Assembly: GCA_013287645.1 (NCBI GenBank)
Contig: JABDDJ010000001.1
Location: 28,419-92,418, forward strand
Length of the DNA: 64,000 bases
Source: Chlamydiota bacterium
GTDB lineage: Bacteria; Chlamydiota; Chlamydiia; Chlamydiales; JABDDJ01
Direction: 5' to 3'
Made by a program: the position numbers and the translations under genes. Within the stretch, counting starts at the first letter, position 1. Each line of letters opens with the position of its first letter. Positions 53,453 through 63,254 of the stretch are shown one piece after another. A model generated the notes under the pieces. It was not told the origin of the DNA, made no database searches, and worked only from the letters and a program-made list of their open reading frames with translations.

Positions 53453-56400
53453 TTACACTTTGCGATGATTGAGTTCGGCACGCTCTGCGCGTTCTTCTCT
53501 GTTATGCAGAAGGAGCATAACAGGAGAGGCAACGAACAGCGAGGAGAGAGTTCCAACGACAATTCCCACCATCATGATAAAGGCAAATCCAAAGATCGCC
53601 TCGCCACCGAATAGAACTAGTCCTAATAGAACCAGCAGAGTTGTTCCTGATGTCATTAAGGTACGGCTTAGAGTGATGTTAAGAGCATGGTTGACAATAT
53701 CACGGAAGGGCATTTTGCGCATTAGCACGGCATCTTCTCTGATTCTGTCAAAAACAATGATGGTGTCATTCAAGGAATAACCGATGATCATCATGATGGC
53801 TCCGATCGCCTCTAGGTCAATTTGGATGGGGAAGCCTAGGTAATGGAAAAGTGCCATTGCTCCTAGGGTAATAATCACGTCATGGATGAGTCCAACCACT
53901 GCCGAAACAGCGTATTTAAACTCAAAGCGTACGGTGATATAAGCCATGATCGCTAACAGCGCAAGGACGATGCCAATAATGGCATTGTTACGCATGGTAT
54001 CAGAAAATTGTCCACTCATAATCGTCCAGTGACGATCTAGCGTTGAAAGTTGCGCATCACTGATCTGCAATCCCCCTTTCTGCAATGCTTTGACCACCCA
54101 GTCAATGCGAGGATTGCTCAGATAGGAGAAAGTATAATGGCCAGGTATCTCTTCAGGTAGCTGGTAGAAGGGATGATCTTTTTCTTCCATGCTCATCCCC
54201 AGTTGGATACGGAGCTGCTGCGGATAGGTCAGCTGACGGACTTGGATATCATTAATGGTTGCACCTTGAGCGAGAAGGGCATCTATCGCCTGTAAGCGGT
54301 AGTTGACATCACCAGGCTGTTCTTGCGCTTCAACAACAAGAGAATAACCGCCGGTGAAGTCCATTCCAAAAATGGTATTGCGTTCTTTAATAAACAGTCC
54401 TACTCCTAATGCTATGACTAAAGCAGAAGCAATGACGACTTTACGCGTTTGCGCTAAGAAGTCGAAGTGGGCTCCTTTGATCCATTCTGCCATGTTTAAC
54501 TGTTTATGCTTGGGATTTTGGACCCATCCTGCAAAGAAGTAGCGAGTCATAAAGAGCGCTGTAAACATGGAGGAAAGGATACCGATAATCAATGTCACGG
54601 CAAAGCCTCTGATAGGTCCAGAGTCAAATTGAATCAAAATCACTGCTACGATAATCGTGGTAATATTCGAGTCAAAAATAGCGCTAAAGGCTTTTCGATA
54701 ACCTGCCTGTATGGCCGAGGCTATCCTGCCCGAGTGCTTAAACTCTTCACGTACCCGCTCAAAGACTAGCACGTTGGCGTCTACGGCCATCCCGATAGTT
54801 AAAACGATACCGGCTATACCAGGAAGGGTCAGCGCCGCATCTAGATTTTGGAGAACTCCCCACATGATGAAGATATTGAAGAGCACTGCACAGGAGGCTA
54901 CAAGCCCTCCAAAGCGGTAGTATCCGACCATGGATATCACAACAAGGGCTAACGAAATCAGAGATGCCCTGATTCCTTTTGTGCGCTCTTCTTGTCCTAG
55001 TTCTGGACTGATGTTCTCCTCAGAAAGTATGCGTGGGGTAAAGCTCAAAGAACCTGCTTTCAAATCTGCAGCAAGCTGATTGATCTCTCTTTGCGTAAAT
55101 CTTCCCGTAATGCTCGCATTGTCGCGCAAGGCTTGTCGCAAGTTAGGCATAGTGATGATATGTCCATTGAGTATCACCGCCATACGCCATCCGTGTCCTC
55201 CGGAATAGACCTCTTTGGGTGTCCCTACAATTCTGTCTTCAGAAAACTGTGAGGTCCAGGTATAAAAATCTTCGCGAGGACTTCCGGTTCCACCTTCATG
55301 CGTGGTGTCATAAGAATTTTTTACACCAAATGTCAGCATATTTCCTTGAGTTTGATCCCAACCAACCTGAACGTTGGAGAGGCTGGAACCTTCAAGAGCG
55401 TAGTTATAGAATATGATGACAAGTGGATTTGTCTGTCCATGCCACTCAGTTAAGTCGTCACCGCGTTGTACTCCAATGGTGGATAGTGTATCGTTAAAGG
55501 CGGTGGTAGGCCTATCTTCACGTGGATTGGCAAAACGCAATCCATTGTCGTAAAGAATTTGAGCCGCTTCGCTACGAGGCTGTACTGAGAGCTCGTTTCC
55601 TTCACCCAAATGTCTATAGGCAATCGCATTGATACTTTCGGCATCTTTACGGTTGGTAACAACGGCTTCGTTCCATACGGCTTGGAGAAAACTCTGTACA
55701 GCGCCTCCGATTTCGCGGTTGTACGGTTGGAATTTTTCGTTGGCAATATGAAAGTACATGGCGGATGCTTTGACAAGCTCGCTAGCGGAGAATCCTTGCG
55801 ATCCTGGGAAGTCGAGAACGATATTGTTGCTTTCGATGCGGATTGTCCTTTCAGCAACGCCCATTTTGTTAACGCGTGTATAGAGTTCATTAACAGCTTG
55901 TTTTAGGTCATTGGGGTTGGTTACTGGTTTATTAGAGCTATCGCGCAGGCCGATGCGTACGGTTTTTCCACCAGAAAGGTCTAAGCCCCATTTCAAAATT
56001 TTGCGGTCATCACCTTGAAAGTATTTGATGGCGCTAATTTTTAAGTTTTGCCAATAGGGGTTTTGGGTAGGAGGAGGGATGAGGTAGTGTTTGCGGATAT
56101 CGAGATCGACCTGAGCAGCAGAGTACTCTTCGCTCCATTTCAATAGATCTTCTTGCATGCGGTCGTAGATTCTATTTTGGGTCAAAATGCGCTGTTCGAC
56201 ATCTGTAAAGTCTAGAACGGCATAGCGCTGGCTGCCTTTGACGACAAAATTTTCGCGTGTGGCTTTAATCAGATCGCCATAATAGTCGCTTAATTTAAAG
56301 ATGAAATCATCTTTAAAGCGAGGATCTACGCCAAAGCTATTCCCTGCAAAACCTGCAAATCCATTGCGTTGTAGGAGTTGAGACAGTTGCTTAACGTCCG

Positions 56401-58021
56401 CACTGAATGCCTCTGCACCTTCTGCTTTAGGATTGTCTTGGTATTTTTGTAGAACTGAGCCTAATCCTTTTGCAATTACGTAGATAGAGTCTGCCGAAAA
56501 TCCTTCTGGAGGGGCTGAGGAATAGACAGCAGGAGCATAAACCACTAAGCCTAGTCTCTGCTTATCTTTAGGAAGTTCTTGATAGTGTTCCCATGAGTTG
56601 ATTGGATAGGCAGAGCGAACAAAGTCGGGATGCTGTGGATTCCATGTAGTCGCTATCTGATCAAGAATTTGCTTTGCTTTTGTCTGAGCGACATAGCCTA
56701 AATCAAAGGTCAAAAAGCTTTGGCTATCTGTCAATTCATTAAGCTTAACAATAAATGTATCAGCACCAGAACTAAAATTCTCACGTGTTTCATTAGAAAC
56801 ACGCGCAATGTCGTCATAGATCCATTGATTCAGCTTTTCAACACGATAAGCATTCGATTCGCTCATGGTTGGGTTATCGCGAATGGCTACAACATCTTTA
56901 TAGAACTGAACGGAGACTTGGTTGATATTCCAATCGATCACTAGCGCTCTGATCAGGGGATCAGCACCGCCTAAACTTAAAACTTGCTGTAAATTTTTTG
57001 GAGAAAGGTTTTTTCCGCCCTCTTTCAAAGCCTGCAGATACTCTGCCTGCGTTTTTGGCTTGGGTGCCTTTGCAAATACGGGCATCTGCTTTTTGACAAT
57101 TTCGATCGCTTGAGTTAGTGCTTGAACTTGATTCTCCATAAGAGCAACTGACTGCTGCTCCTGTCCGGAAGCTAAATCGCCCTGCTCAATCTGCTGCGAC
57201 TGCTTCTTCTTCAACGCCTCTAGCTTTGTCTTAACTTGTGTAAGGGTCGCTTCGAGCTGTTGTTGATACTTCTGAAATAGAGCCTCTCCCCTAATGGTTC
57301 GGCCTTCTGCCAGACTAGCAAACCAGCGTTCAGCAAGTTTTGGCGAGCCGTTGACGATACGGTTTCCATCGACTAATTCCTTAGCAGACTTGATCACCCA
57401 ATCTTCTTGCACCTTATCTTGCGGGCTTTCTACAATGCCCAAAATCTGAGCTGCTAAACCACTTGGTGCTGTAAACGCTTCGGCCATTTGAGCGACACGG
57501 TCATAGGCAATCTGCTGATAGAGTGGAGTGGGGACACCCTCTTCATTCATAGGAGAAAAGTGAAAGAGTTTATCTACATCTGCGGGATTTAACTGCACAC
57601 CAATTTGTCGTGCGACATAGACTTCAGTCGGTTGTTGATCTTCGCGAGGTGGATTAAGAGATAGCTGAGCAGGCACAAAAGGAATTAAGTTACCTGCAGA
57701 GGGTAAAAAGCTCTTAAACTTTTTAGCATCTTGCTCGTTGGCAAAAGTTACCTTAATAAGTTGAGGATTGTTTTCTTGCATCTCAATCGATAAAGGCTTA
57801 ATACCCAACAACTTACTAAAAGAGGCTAGCCACTCTTTCGACTGCTCTTCAAGACTATTTACACGAGTAATAATCGATTCGGCAACCTCTTTAGCTCTAG
57901 GCGCATCGATAGATTGATGCAAAGGCTTAGAGTAGTAAAACACTGTAGGCAATATGTTATAAAGTGTCAGAATGATGACAGTGATGATCAGCCAAAACTG
58001 CCAGGGCTTTTGTCTCTCCAT
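53453..58021 (-). CDS. secD: Fused protein-export membrane protein SecD/SecF with a very large periplasmic domain
   Basis: 1,522 aa. Two SecD/SecF-type 6-TM modules (FDSNITTIIVAVILIQF..., SLNDTIIVFDRIRE) follow a ~900-aa N-terminal periplasmic region. A fused long form is typical of chlamydiae. Confidence 0.95.
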   Translation of the reverse strand: MERQKPWQFWLIITVIILTLYNILPTVFYYSKPLHQSIDAPRAKEVAESIITRVNSLEEQSKEWLASFSKLLGIKPLSIEMQENNPQLIKVTFANEQDAKKFKSFLPSAGNLIPFVPAQLSLNPPREDQQPTEVYVARQIGVQLNPADVDKLFHFSPMNEEGVPTPLYQQIAYDRVAQMAEAFTAPSGLAAQILGIVESPQDKVQEDWVIKSAKELVDGNRIVNGSPKLAERWFASLAEGRTIRGEALFQKYQQQLEATLTQVKTKLEALKKKQSQQIEQGDLASGQEQQSVALMENQVQALTQAIEIVKKQMPVFAKAPKPKTQAEYLQALKEGGKNLSPKNLQQVLSLGGADPLIRALVIDWNINQVSVQFYKDVVAIRDNPTMSESNAYRVEKLNQWIYDDIARVSNETRENFSSGADTFIVKLNELTDSQSFLTFDLGYVAQTKAKQILDQIATTWNPQHPDFVRSAYPINSWEHYQELPKDKQRLGLVVYAPAVYSSAPPEGFSADSIYVIAKGLGSVLQKYQDNPKAEGAEAFSADVKQLSQLLQRNGFAGFAGNSFGVDPRFKDDFIFKLSDYYGDLIKATRENFVVKGSQRYAVLDFTDVEQRILTQNRIYDRMQEDLLKWSEEYSAAQVDLDIRKHYLIPPPTQNPYWQNLKISAIKYFQGDDRKILKWGLDLSGGKTVRIGLRDSSNKPVTNPNDLKQAVNELYTRVNKMGVAERTIRIESNNIVLDFPGSQGFSASELVKASAMYFHIANEKFQPYNREIGGAVQSFLQAVWNEAVVTNRKDAESINAIAYRHLGEGNELSVQPRSEAAQILYDNGLRFANPREDRPTTAFNDTLSTIGVQRGDDLTEWHGQTNPLVIIFYNYALEGSSLSNVQVGWDQTQGNMLTFGVKNSYDTTHEGGTGSPREDFYTWTSQFSEDRIVGTPKEVYSGGHGWRMAVILNGHIITMPNLRQALRDNASITGRFTQREINQLAADLKAGSLSFTPRILSEENISPELGQEERTKGIRASLISLALVVISMVGYYRFGGLVASCAVLFNIFIMWGVLQNLDAALTLPGIAGIVLTIGMAVDANVLVFERVREEFKHSGRIASAIQAGYRKAFSAIFDSNITTIIVAVILIQFDSGPIRGFAVTLIIGILSSMFTALFMTRYFFAGWVQNPKHKQLNMAEWIKGAHFDFLAQTRKVVIASALVIALGVGLFIKERNTIFGMDFTGGYSLVVEAQEQPGDVNYRLQAIDALLAQGATINDIQVRQLTYPQQLRIQLGMSMEEKDHPFYQLPEEIPGHYTFSYLSNPRIDWVVKALQKGGLQISDAQLSTLDRHWTIMSGQFSDTMRNNAIIGIVLALLAIMAYITVRFEFKYAVSAVVGLIHDVIITLGAMALFHYLGFPIQIDLEAIGAIMMIIGYSLNDTIIVFDRIREDAVLMRKMPFRDIVNHALNITLSRTLMTSGTTLLVLLGLVLFGGEAIFGFAFIMMVGIVVGTLSSLFVASPVMLLLHNREERAERAELNHRKV

Positions 58022-58124
58022 GGATTGAATTCCCTTCTGCTATGTCGATAAAGATAGGTATTACAATACTAAACTATCAAGAAATTGTCTAGAGAAGAAA
58101 ATTTACCTCTTGCATAATTTATTT

Positions 58125-58156
58125 CCTTGCCCTTGCCCTTGCCCCTGCCCATGCCC
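58125..58156. repeat. CTTGCC short-period tract (single arm)
   Basis: Sequence ccttgcccttgcccttgcccctgcccatgccc, same style as the GGAC/CGCAAAG families. Lies in the divergent region between secDF and the riboswitch. Confidence 0.55.
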
Positions 58157-58208
58157 GATTAGTGCGGTTTTTGCTTTCACTTAAATTACACACTTTGCGA
58201 TGATGTTT

Positions 58209-58301
58209 CCTAAAACCTTTTCAGGGAAAGACCGGTGACAATCCGGCACTGTCCCGCAACGGTAATTGAGGATCCCTCATAAGTCCGATTGCCTGATTAG
58301 G
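58209..58301 (+). ncRNA. Cobalamin (B12) riboswitch aptamer
   Basis: Core cagGGAAagaCCGGTGacAATCCGGcaCTGTCCCGCAACGGTAA matches the conserved cobalamin-riboswitch core (compare E. coli btuB leader AGGGAAUCCAGUGCGAAUCUGGAGCUGACGCGCAGCGGUAAGG, from memory). B12-box-like AAGTCCGATTGCCTG is present. The closing helix is cctaa (58209-13) / ttagg (58297-301). The RBS gaggagg and the ATG lie 12-23 nt downstream. Confidence 0.8.
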
Positions 58302-58323
58302 TGCAACTCCCGAGGAGGAACCC

Positions 58324-58926
58324 ATGTTTCAACAAATTCGCTTAAAACTCGCTCAAACGATTCATTCATTTTTTCTTTGGTGCTCATTTTCTATGCGTAG
58401 AGCCTGCTTGCATAGAATTTTGGGATTCATCTTTCTAGGAATGATGAGCCGCTTATTACCCCATCCACCTAACTTCACGGCCATCAATGCCATTGCTTTA
58501 TTCGGCATTTGCTCTTTGGGGAATTTGGGTATCTCTCTTTTTACTGTATTCTCGACCATGTTACTTTGCGATCTTGTCATTGGGTTTCATTCAAGCATGG
58601 TTTTTGTTTACCTCAGTTACGGACTGATTGTGCTAATGGGATATTGGTTGAAATCAAAAAGATCGCTGATACGAAGCATTTTTTTACTTGCATTATCCTC
58701 TCTTCTTTTCTTCATCATTACGAATTTTGGCGTATGGCTCGTCGGTTCAATGTACCCAAAGACCATTATAGGGCTTGAACTGTGCTATCTCGCTGCAATC
58801 CCTTTCCTTTCAAACAATTTGATGAGCACTCTTTTATATGGGGGTATGCTATTTGGGTGGTTAGCACTCGCCGAGCGGGATATTCCTGCCCTGGCACCAA
58901 AGAACCGATACAGCTTAATTAATTAA
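58324..58926 (+). CDS. Riboswitch-controlled small 6-TM membrane protein; candidate cobalamin/corrinoid uptake component (ECF-S/BtuM-like)
   Basis: 200 aa with about six hydrophobic helices and the conserved-looking N-terminal motif RLLPHPPNFTAINA. Function is inferred only from the upstream B12 riboswitch and the topology. Confidence 0.55.
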   Translation: MFQQIRLKLAQTIHSFFLWCSFSMRRACLHRILGFIFLGMMSRLLPHPPNFTAINAIALFGICSLGNLGISLFTVFSTMLLCDLVIGFHSSMVFVYLSYGLIVLMGYWLKSKRSLIRSIFLLALSSLLFFIITNFGVWLVGSMYPKTIIGLELCYLAAIPFLSNNLMSTLLYGGMLFGWLALAERDIPALAPKNRYSLIN

Positions 58927-59031
58927 ATAGATACAGCTCGGAACAAGCGAATATCGCAACACTACAGTCTTGTTCAGGTTCCTTTAGACTTTGTAGAGAC
59001 GGTTCCAAGGCATAGATTTTAATGGGATTAT

Positions 59032-60831
59032 TTATGCTACATGAGTAAATAGAGCCTGTATTCCCATCGAATCGGTTAACTCTATATGAATGATAAAAGA
59101 AAGAAGATCATCTAAATCAAAAGGATAGTAGTCATTTAGGTTTTTGAATCTTTCAGATTCACTATCAACTTCTATTTCGAAAAGCTTATTTTCAGAAAAT
59201 AAGTGCGTTTTCAAAGTATAACCACCATGGTCCTCTACTAACATAGAGCTTCCATTTGAATCGGCAATGGCCAAGTGAAAACCATGATGTGTGGCCACCA
59301 TAAGTAAATCTAAAAAACATTCTTTATGTAACTGAGGAAGGATATAACCTGAATCCAAGATAAATTTATTTGTTCTTTCGTAATCCGAAGAGATCAAAAT
59401 AATATCAACTCCTCGTTTTGCTAGTGAAGTATGAGTTTCAGGAAAAAGAGCATCGACTGTTGAAAGGATTCCTATTCTAGCATGAGGGAGATCTAAGATT
59501 TTAGATTCTTTCACTAATCCTGCTTCACCTGAACTTCTATGGATGTTTCTTACAATGTCATAGGACCCGTCGCTTAAGAAATAAATCAAAGCTTCTTCTT
59601 TATCACCCTCTCCAAGATCTAAATTAATTGTAGTCAAAAGTAAGCCGACTTTATTGATAACAACTATCTCTTTCAATCGATACCAAATGTCATCATCAAA
59701 ACTTTTTTCCATTCCAAATTTAGTGAGTGTCACAGTTACAGCAAGTGCAGGAAGGACTAATGCATCGATCGTTTTGGTCGAACCTTTAATTAAGTTTTCA
59801 ATTTTTTTAATATTATTCTCTGGGGCTGCCTCTGGAGAAAAGTTTGCAATAGCAATGTTTGATTTCCCAGATATGGGGAGATCTTCTATGATCTTGTTAC
59901 CAGCTCCCTTTAAATAATAATCGTTTCTCATTGACGTATAGGCAGCTGGATTTCTCATACTAAGCGTATAAATTTGGCTTGAAGGAGCTCCTGCATTTGT
60001 GCGATTTATTTGAATATCTGAGTATAGAATAACATCTCCTGTCGCTTTGTCATCATCTTTTTTCCGGTACAATAAATTTATTTTTCCTGATGGATCAATG
60101 ACTACCGATGCTGCATCGTTCATGTCGTATGTGTAAGTTTCAGAATACCTTAAGTCTATTTCCATTCCCCATCGGTTATTGACCATTACCCAGATTCCAT
60201 TTTCAATTGCTCTTGTCCGCCATATCTTTTCTTGCCCTGCATTACCCCACCAGTTAGCGGGTACGAGTAAAACGTCAGCGCCTTTTACAGCAGCAATTCT
60301 ACTCATATCGGGAAGATAAGTATCGGAGCATACGACTACAGCGATGCTTCCAAAAGGAGTATGGATAACCTCAACTGGCAAATTTCCACGATCATTCCAG
60401 CCTGCAGTACCTCTTTTGCGGTTGGTCATCAGGGAGCCTGTGGGCCCGAACATAATAACTGAATTGTACAGACGATTTTCTTCAGTTTTTTCAACTGCTC
60501 CAACAAAGACATAACCCTGATAACGACTTGCCAAATTTTGCATTTGAGCAAGTTCTGAGAAAGGGTTCTCAATAGCAAGATTGAGAGCTTGTTCTTTCGT
60601 GAGAGAGTATCCTGACAGTGATAGTTCTGGGGTTAAAACAATTTGAGCATTATTTTTAAAAGCTTCTTCTACTAGCACATTCAAATTGTTAATATTTGAA
60701 TGAAGTTCGCCAAGACTAGGATTCCAATGTATAAGCGCAACTTTGACAGAAGTCTCGCTGCAAAATACAGAGAGTTCTAAACTGATAAACAGTATCCAAA
60801 TTAATCGGATTATCTTACTAAATTGACTCAT
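59032..60831 (-). CDS. Secreted tandem carbon-nitrogen hydrolase (nitrilase superfamily) protein; second domain degenerate
   Basis: Signal peptide MSQFSKIIRLIWILFISLELSVFC. Domain 1 carries an E-K-C triad context (LTPELSLSGY, NRKRG, AVVVCSDTYLPD). Domain 2 has the equivalent positions changed (LPALAVT, GILSTVDALFPE). Confidence 0.7.
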   Translation of the reverse strand: MSQFSKIIRLIWILFISLELSVFCSETSVKVALIHWNPSLGELHSNINNLNVLVEEAFKNNAQIVLTPELSLSGYSLTKEQALNLAIENPFSELAQMQNLASRYQGYVFVGAVEKTEENRLYNSVIMFGPTGSLMTNRKRGTAGWNDRGNLPVEVIHTPFGSIAVVVCSDTYLPDMSRIAAVKGADVLLVPANWWGNAGQEKIWRTRAIENGIWVMVNNRWGMEIDLRYSETYTYDMNDAASVVIDPSGKINLLYRKKDDDKATGDVILYSDIQINRTNAGAPSSQIYTLSMRNPAAYTSMRNDYYLKGAGNKIIEDLPISGKSNIAIANFSPEAAPENNIKKIENLIKGSTKTIDALVLPALAVTVTLTKFGMEKSFDDDIWYRLKEIVVINKVGLLLTTINLDLGEGDKEEALIYFLSDGSYDIVRNIHRSSGEAGLVKESKILDLPHARIGILSTVDALFPETHTSLAKRGVDIILISSDYERTNKFILDSGYILPQLHKECFLDLLMVATHHGFHLAIADSNGSSMLVEDHGGYTLKTHLFSENKLFEIEVDSESERFKNLNDYYPFDLDDLLSFIIHIELTDSMGIQALFTHVA

Positions 60832-60870
60832 AATTTCAGTCTTTTCGAAATTTTTCTGATGTTAGGGATT

Positions 60871-61557
60871 TTAGTGATCTTCGCATGTAAATTTATTAGA
60901 ATTTAATTGAACAAAACCATGGTCGCCCTCAATGGTGATTTTTCCAAGGTCTACTACAATGGGAGACTGAAAAACAGGTCCGTCGAATACAAAGGTGTGG
61001 AACTCGCCATTTTCTCCGCATGGATCAATGCTTGGGGGTAGGTCTGACAGAAATTCTTCATTGTATGATCTGCCTAAAAATGAAATAGGTAATGCTTTAA
61101 GATTAATGCTAGTGATGATTGCTTTAAATCCACTATTAATAATGCTTTTAGCAAGTTCAGATGTAGGTTTTTGCCATAAAGGAAAAAGAAGTTCAATTCC
61201 TGTTCCTTTCATTTTTTCTTCTCTGTAGGATCGAATATCTTCAAGAAATAAATCTCCAAACGCAATATGAGAGACGTTTTGATCCAAGGCAGTTTTTAGC
61301 AGTGTTCTCATTTGTTGTTCAAAACTTTGTTGGTATTTATTGATCCCTGCTTCTGTACAATATAAAGGCAGCCCCAGCTCTGAGGCTTGACTCTTTAGAA
61401 GATGTTCTGGCGTGCCATGCATGGCGACAGCGCGTGAAGTCGTTAGTGTAGTAAGTAATCCTTTGATTTCGTATTTTTTGTTCAACATTAATTGATGCAA
61501 AGCATACGCGCAATCCTTTCCAGTGCTCCAGCTTAACCAAATTTTTATTTTTTCCAT
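60871..61557 (-). CDS. Dph6/MJ0570-like ATP pyrophosphatase (adenine nucleotide alpha-hydrolase, DUF71 type)
   Basis: 228 aa. PP-loop-like LSWSTGKDCAYAL and C-terminal GENGEFHTFVFDGP (compare GE-GE-x-T/H-x-V in diphthine-ammonia-ligase-like proteins). Confidence 0.7.
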   Translation of the reverse strand: MEKIKIWLSWSTGKDCAYALHQLMLNKKYEIKGLLTTLTTSRAVAMHGTPEHLLKSQASELGLPLYCTEAGINKYQQSFEQQMRTLLKTALDQNVSHIAFGDLFLEDIRSYREEKMKGTGIELLFPLWQKPTSELAKSIINSGFKAIITSINLKALPISFLGRSYNEEFLSDLPPSIDPCGENGEFHTFVFDGPVFQSPIVVDLGKITIEGDHGFVQLNSNKFTCEDH

Positions 61558-61639
61558 AGAATCGCCATTTCAGTACATTTTGAGCTTCTTAGAGATGTGA
61601 CAAAATTAATCCCGTGCTGTTCACTATAAGAATTAACAA

Positions 61640-61669
61640 GATGCCCCCTCCTTTGTCGGAGGGGGCATC
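61640..61669 (-). terminator. Hairpin terminator after the third ntt gene
   Basis: Stem gatgccccctcc (61640-51) pairs with ggagggggcatc (61658-69), a perfect 12-bp GC-rich stem with a 6-nt loop. Confidence 0.75.
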
Positions 61670-61715
61670 TGAACTGTTATGTTAAAAACAGAATTTGCAG
61701 TTTGTGATACAGCTA

Positions 61716-63254
61716 TTATAGTGCTGCGGCTGCAGGCTCTTTCGATGAGGCCTTTGTAGATTTTTCGCCAGTCAGCAACAAGAATTGCTTATTGAGCGAA
61801 CGTACAGCCACTAACCAGGCGCCGATGGTAGCAACCATGATCACAGCTACGTAAGGAGCAATGGCTCCAAAACCTAACGAAAGGATCAATACTTGCTGGA
61901 TGAGGGATCCACCCGACTTACCCAATCTTGCACCCACAACGTCGATAGCTGCTTTACCCTTTACCTTCGACTCTTGATCGAGGGGGATGTAAGCCATCTC
62001 TTTAGTTGGGTCGAACAGAGAGTACTTTGTCGACTTACTTGCTAAGTTTTGGATCATACCTAGTACAACGGCCATAGAAACAGTTGTCGCACCGAAATAG
62101 GATACAAATCCTTGCAGCAGTGAGCTATCTTGGAAGATAACGAAACTGAAGAATCCGAGACCAGTCAGCATGAGGATGATAGGTGTCAGCATTGCAGCAA
62201 TGCCCCAACCAAATCGACGGATAATCCAGCCACCGATAAACATCATCGAGATATTTACGGCACCGCCAATTGTGGAAAAGAGACCCATAAAGGCGTTGTA
62301 ATCGTTTGGATTGGAATGCAATTTATTAATTTGACCTTTCCATGTAACCTCAACAAGGTTAATAGCGATACCATATCCGATAACAAGCAGAGCGATGCAA
62401 AGGATGTAGGGAGACTTAGCGAGGAAGAGGAAGCTTTCGCTAATGGACATTTTTGGCTTGCTTTTCTTCGCTTTTGCTTGTTGAGCAGGATCATAGAAGC
62501 GTGTATCGGTGAGAACATTGCGCTGAATCCACCAATAAATAGCATAGATGCAGAGGCAGGCGATGACGACCATTCCCATCAAATAATTGAGGGTTATTTG
62601 CCATGCATCCACATCGGGAGGTAGTAGTTTACGGATGTTAGAAAAATAGATAATGGAAGGACCGGATAAGAGAAGTGCTACGTTAGCGCCCATACCGAAG
62701 AAGGTATAGACACGCTTAGCTTCGGTCACTTTCATAATATCGTTTGCAAAGCCCCAGAACATCAGGGAGAGAACAGCGCTTCCCCATAGTTCGGAAAGAA
62801 TATAAAATAATGAGAAAGTCCAGTTACGGTAAACAGCGATCATTCCACCAAAACTTTCTGGTAGCGAAGCTTGCAGCCAGTTAGCAGATTCGTTAGGGTG
62901 AAGCATGTCGCGAAGAGGATAAAACACTGTCGCGAACAGAGCGAAGAAGATCATGAAAGGAAAGAGAGTGACATAGAATAGTTTTTCTTTGCTTAGGCTA
63001 TTGCTGAGTTTTGAGTAGATCAGCATGAAGATAACGGCTGAAGGAAGGACGCCCCAGAATTTAAGGAAAGGGATGACTTCTGCACCACCAGCGGTCACGA
63101 CGAGAGTATCTTTCGTGTCGCGTAGAATGGTGTAGTTAAAAGAGATGAATAGCATCATCAAAAACATCGGGAGCATTTTTTTGAGTTCGTACATATGTAC
63201 GGGCCAAAAAAACGATCGCAATTTGCCGAATTCGGCAGTAGCATCTTGTGACAT
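61716..63254 (-). CDS. ntt: Nucleotide transporter (NTT/Tlc family), third paralog
   Basis: 512 aa. Contains YELKKMLPMFLMMLFISFNYTILRDTKDTLVV, YSLFDPTKEMAYIPL and GKAAIDVVGARLGKSGG. Confidence 0.9.
   Translation of the reverse strand: MSQDATAEFGKLRSFFWPVHMYELKKMLPMFLMMLFISFNYTILRDTKDTLVVTAGGAEVIPFLKFWGVLPSAVIFMLIYSKLSNSLSKEKLFYVTLFPFMIFFALFATVFYPLRDMLHPNESANWLQASLPESFGGMIAVYRNWTFSLFYILSELWGSAVLSLMFWGFANDIMKVTEAKRVYTFFGMGANVALLLSGPSIIYFSNIRKLLPPDVDAWQITLNYLMGMVVIACLCIYAIYWWIQRNVLTDTRFYDPAQQAKAKKSKPKMSISESFLFLAKSPYILCIALLVIGYGIAINLVEVTWKGQINKLHSNPNDYNAFMGLFSTIGGAVNISMMFIGGWIIRRFGWGIAAMLTPIILMLTGLGFFSFVIFQDSSLLQGFVSYFGATTVSMAVVLGMIQNLASKSTKYSLFDPTKEMAYIPLDQESKVKGKAAIDVVGARLGKSGGSLIQQVLILSLGFGAIAPYVAVIMVATIGAWLVAVRSLNKQFLLLTGEKSTKASSKEPAAAAL

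Noticed and set aside
53455-53468. 14-nt exact repeat cactttgcgatgat at 53455 (end of secDF) and about 58190 (upstream of the riboswitch).
   Set aside because: My rough estimate is that roughly 15-30 chance 14-mer pairs are expected in a 64-kb two-strand comparison. One copy is coding and the other is not, and there is no extended similarity.
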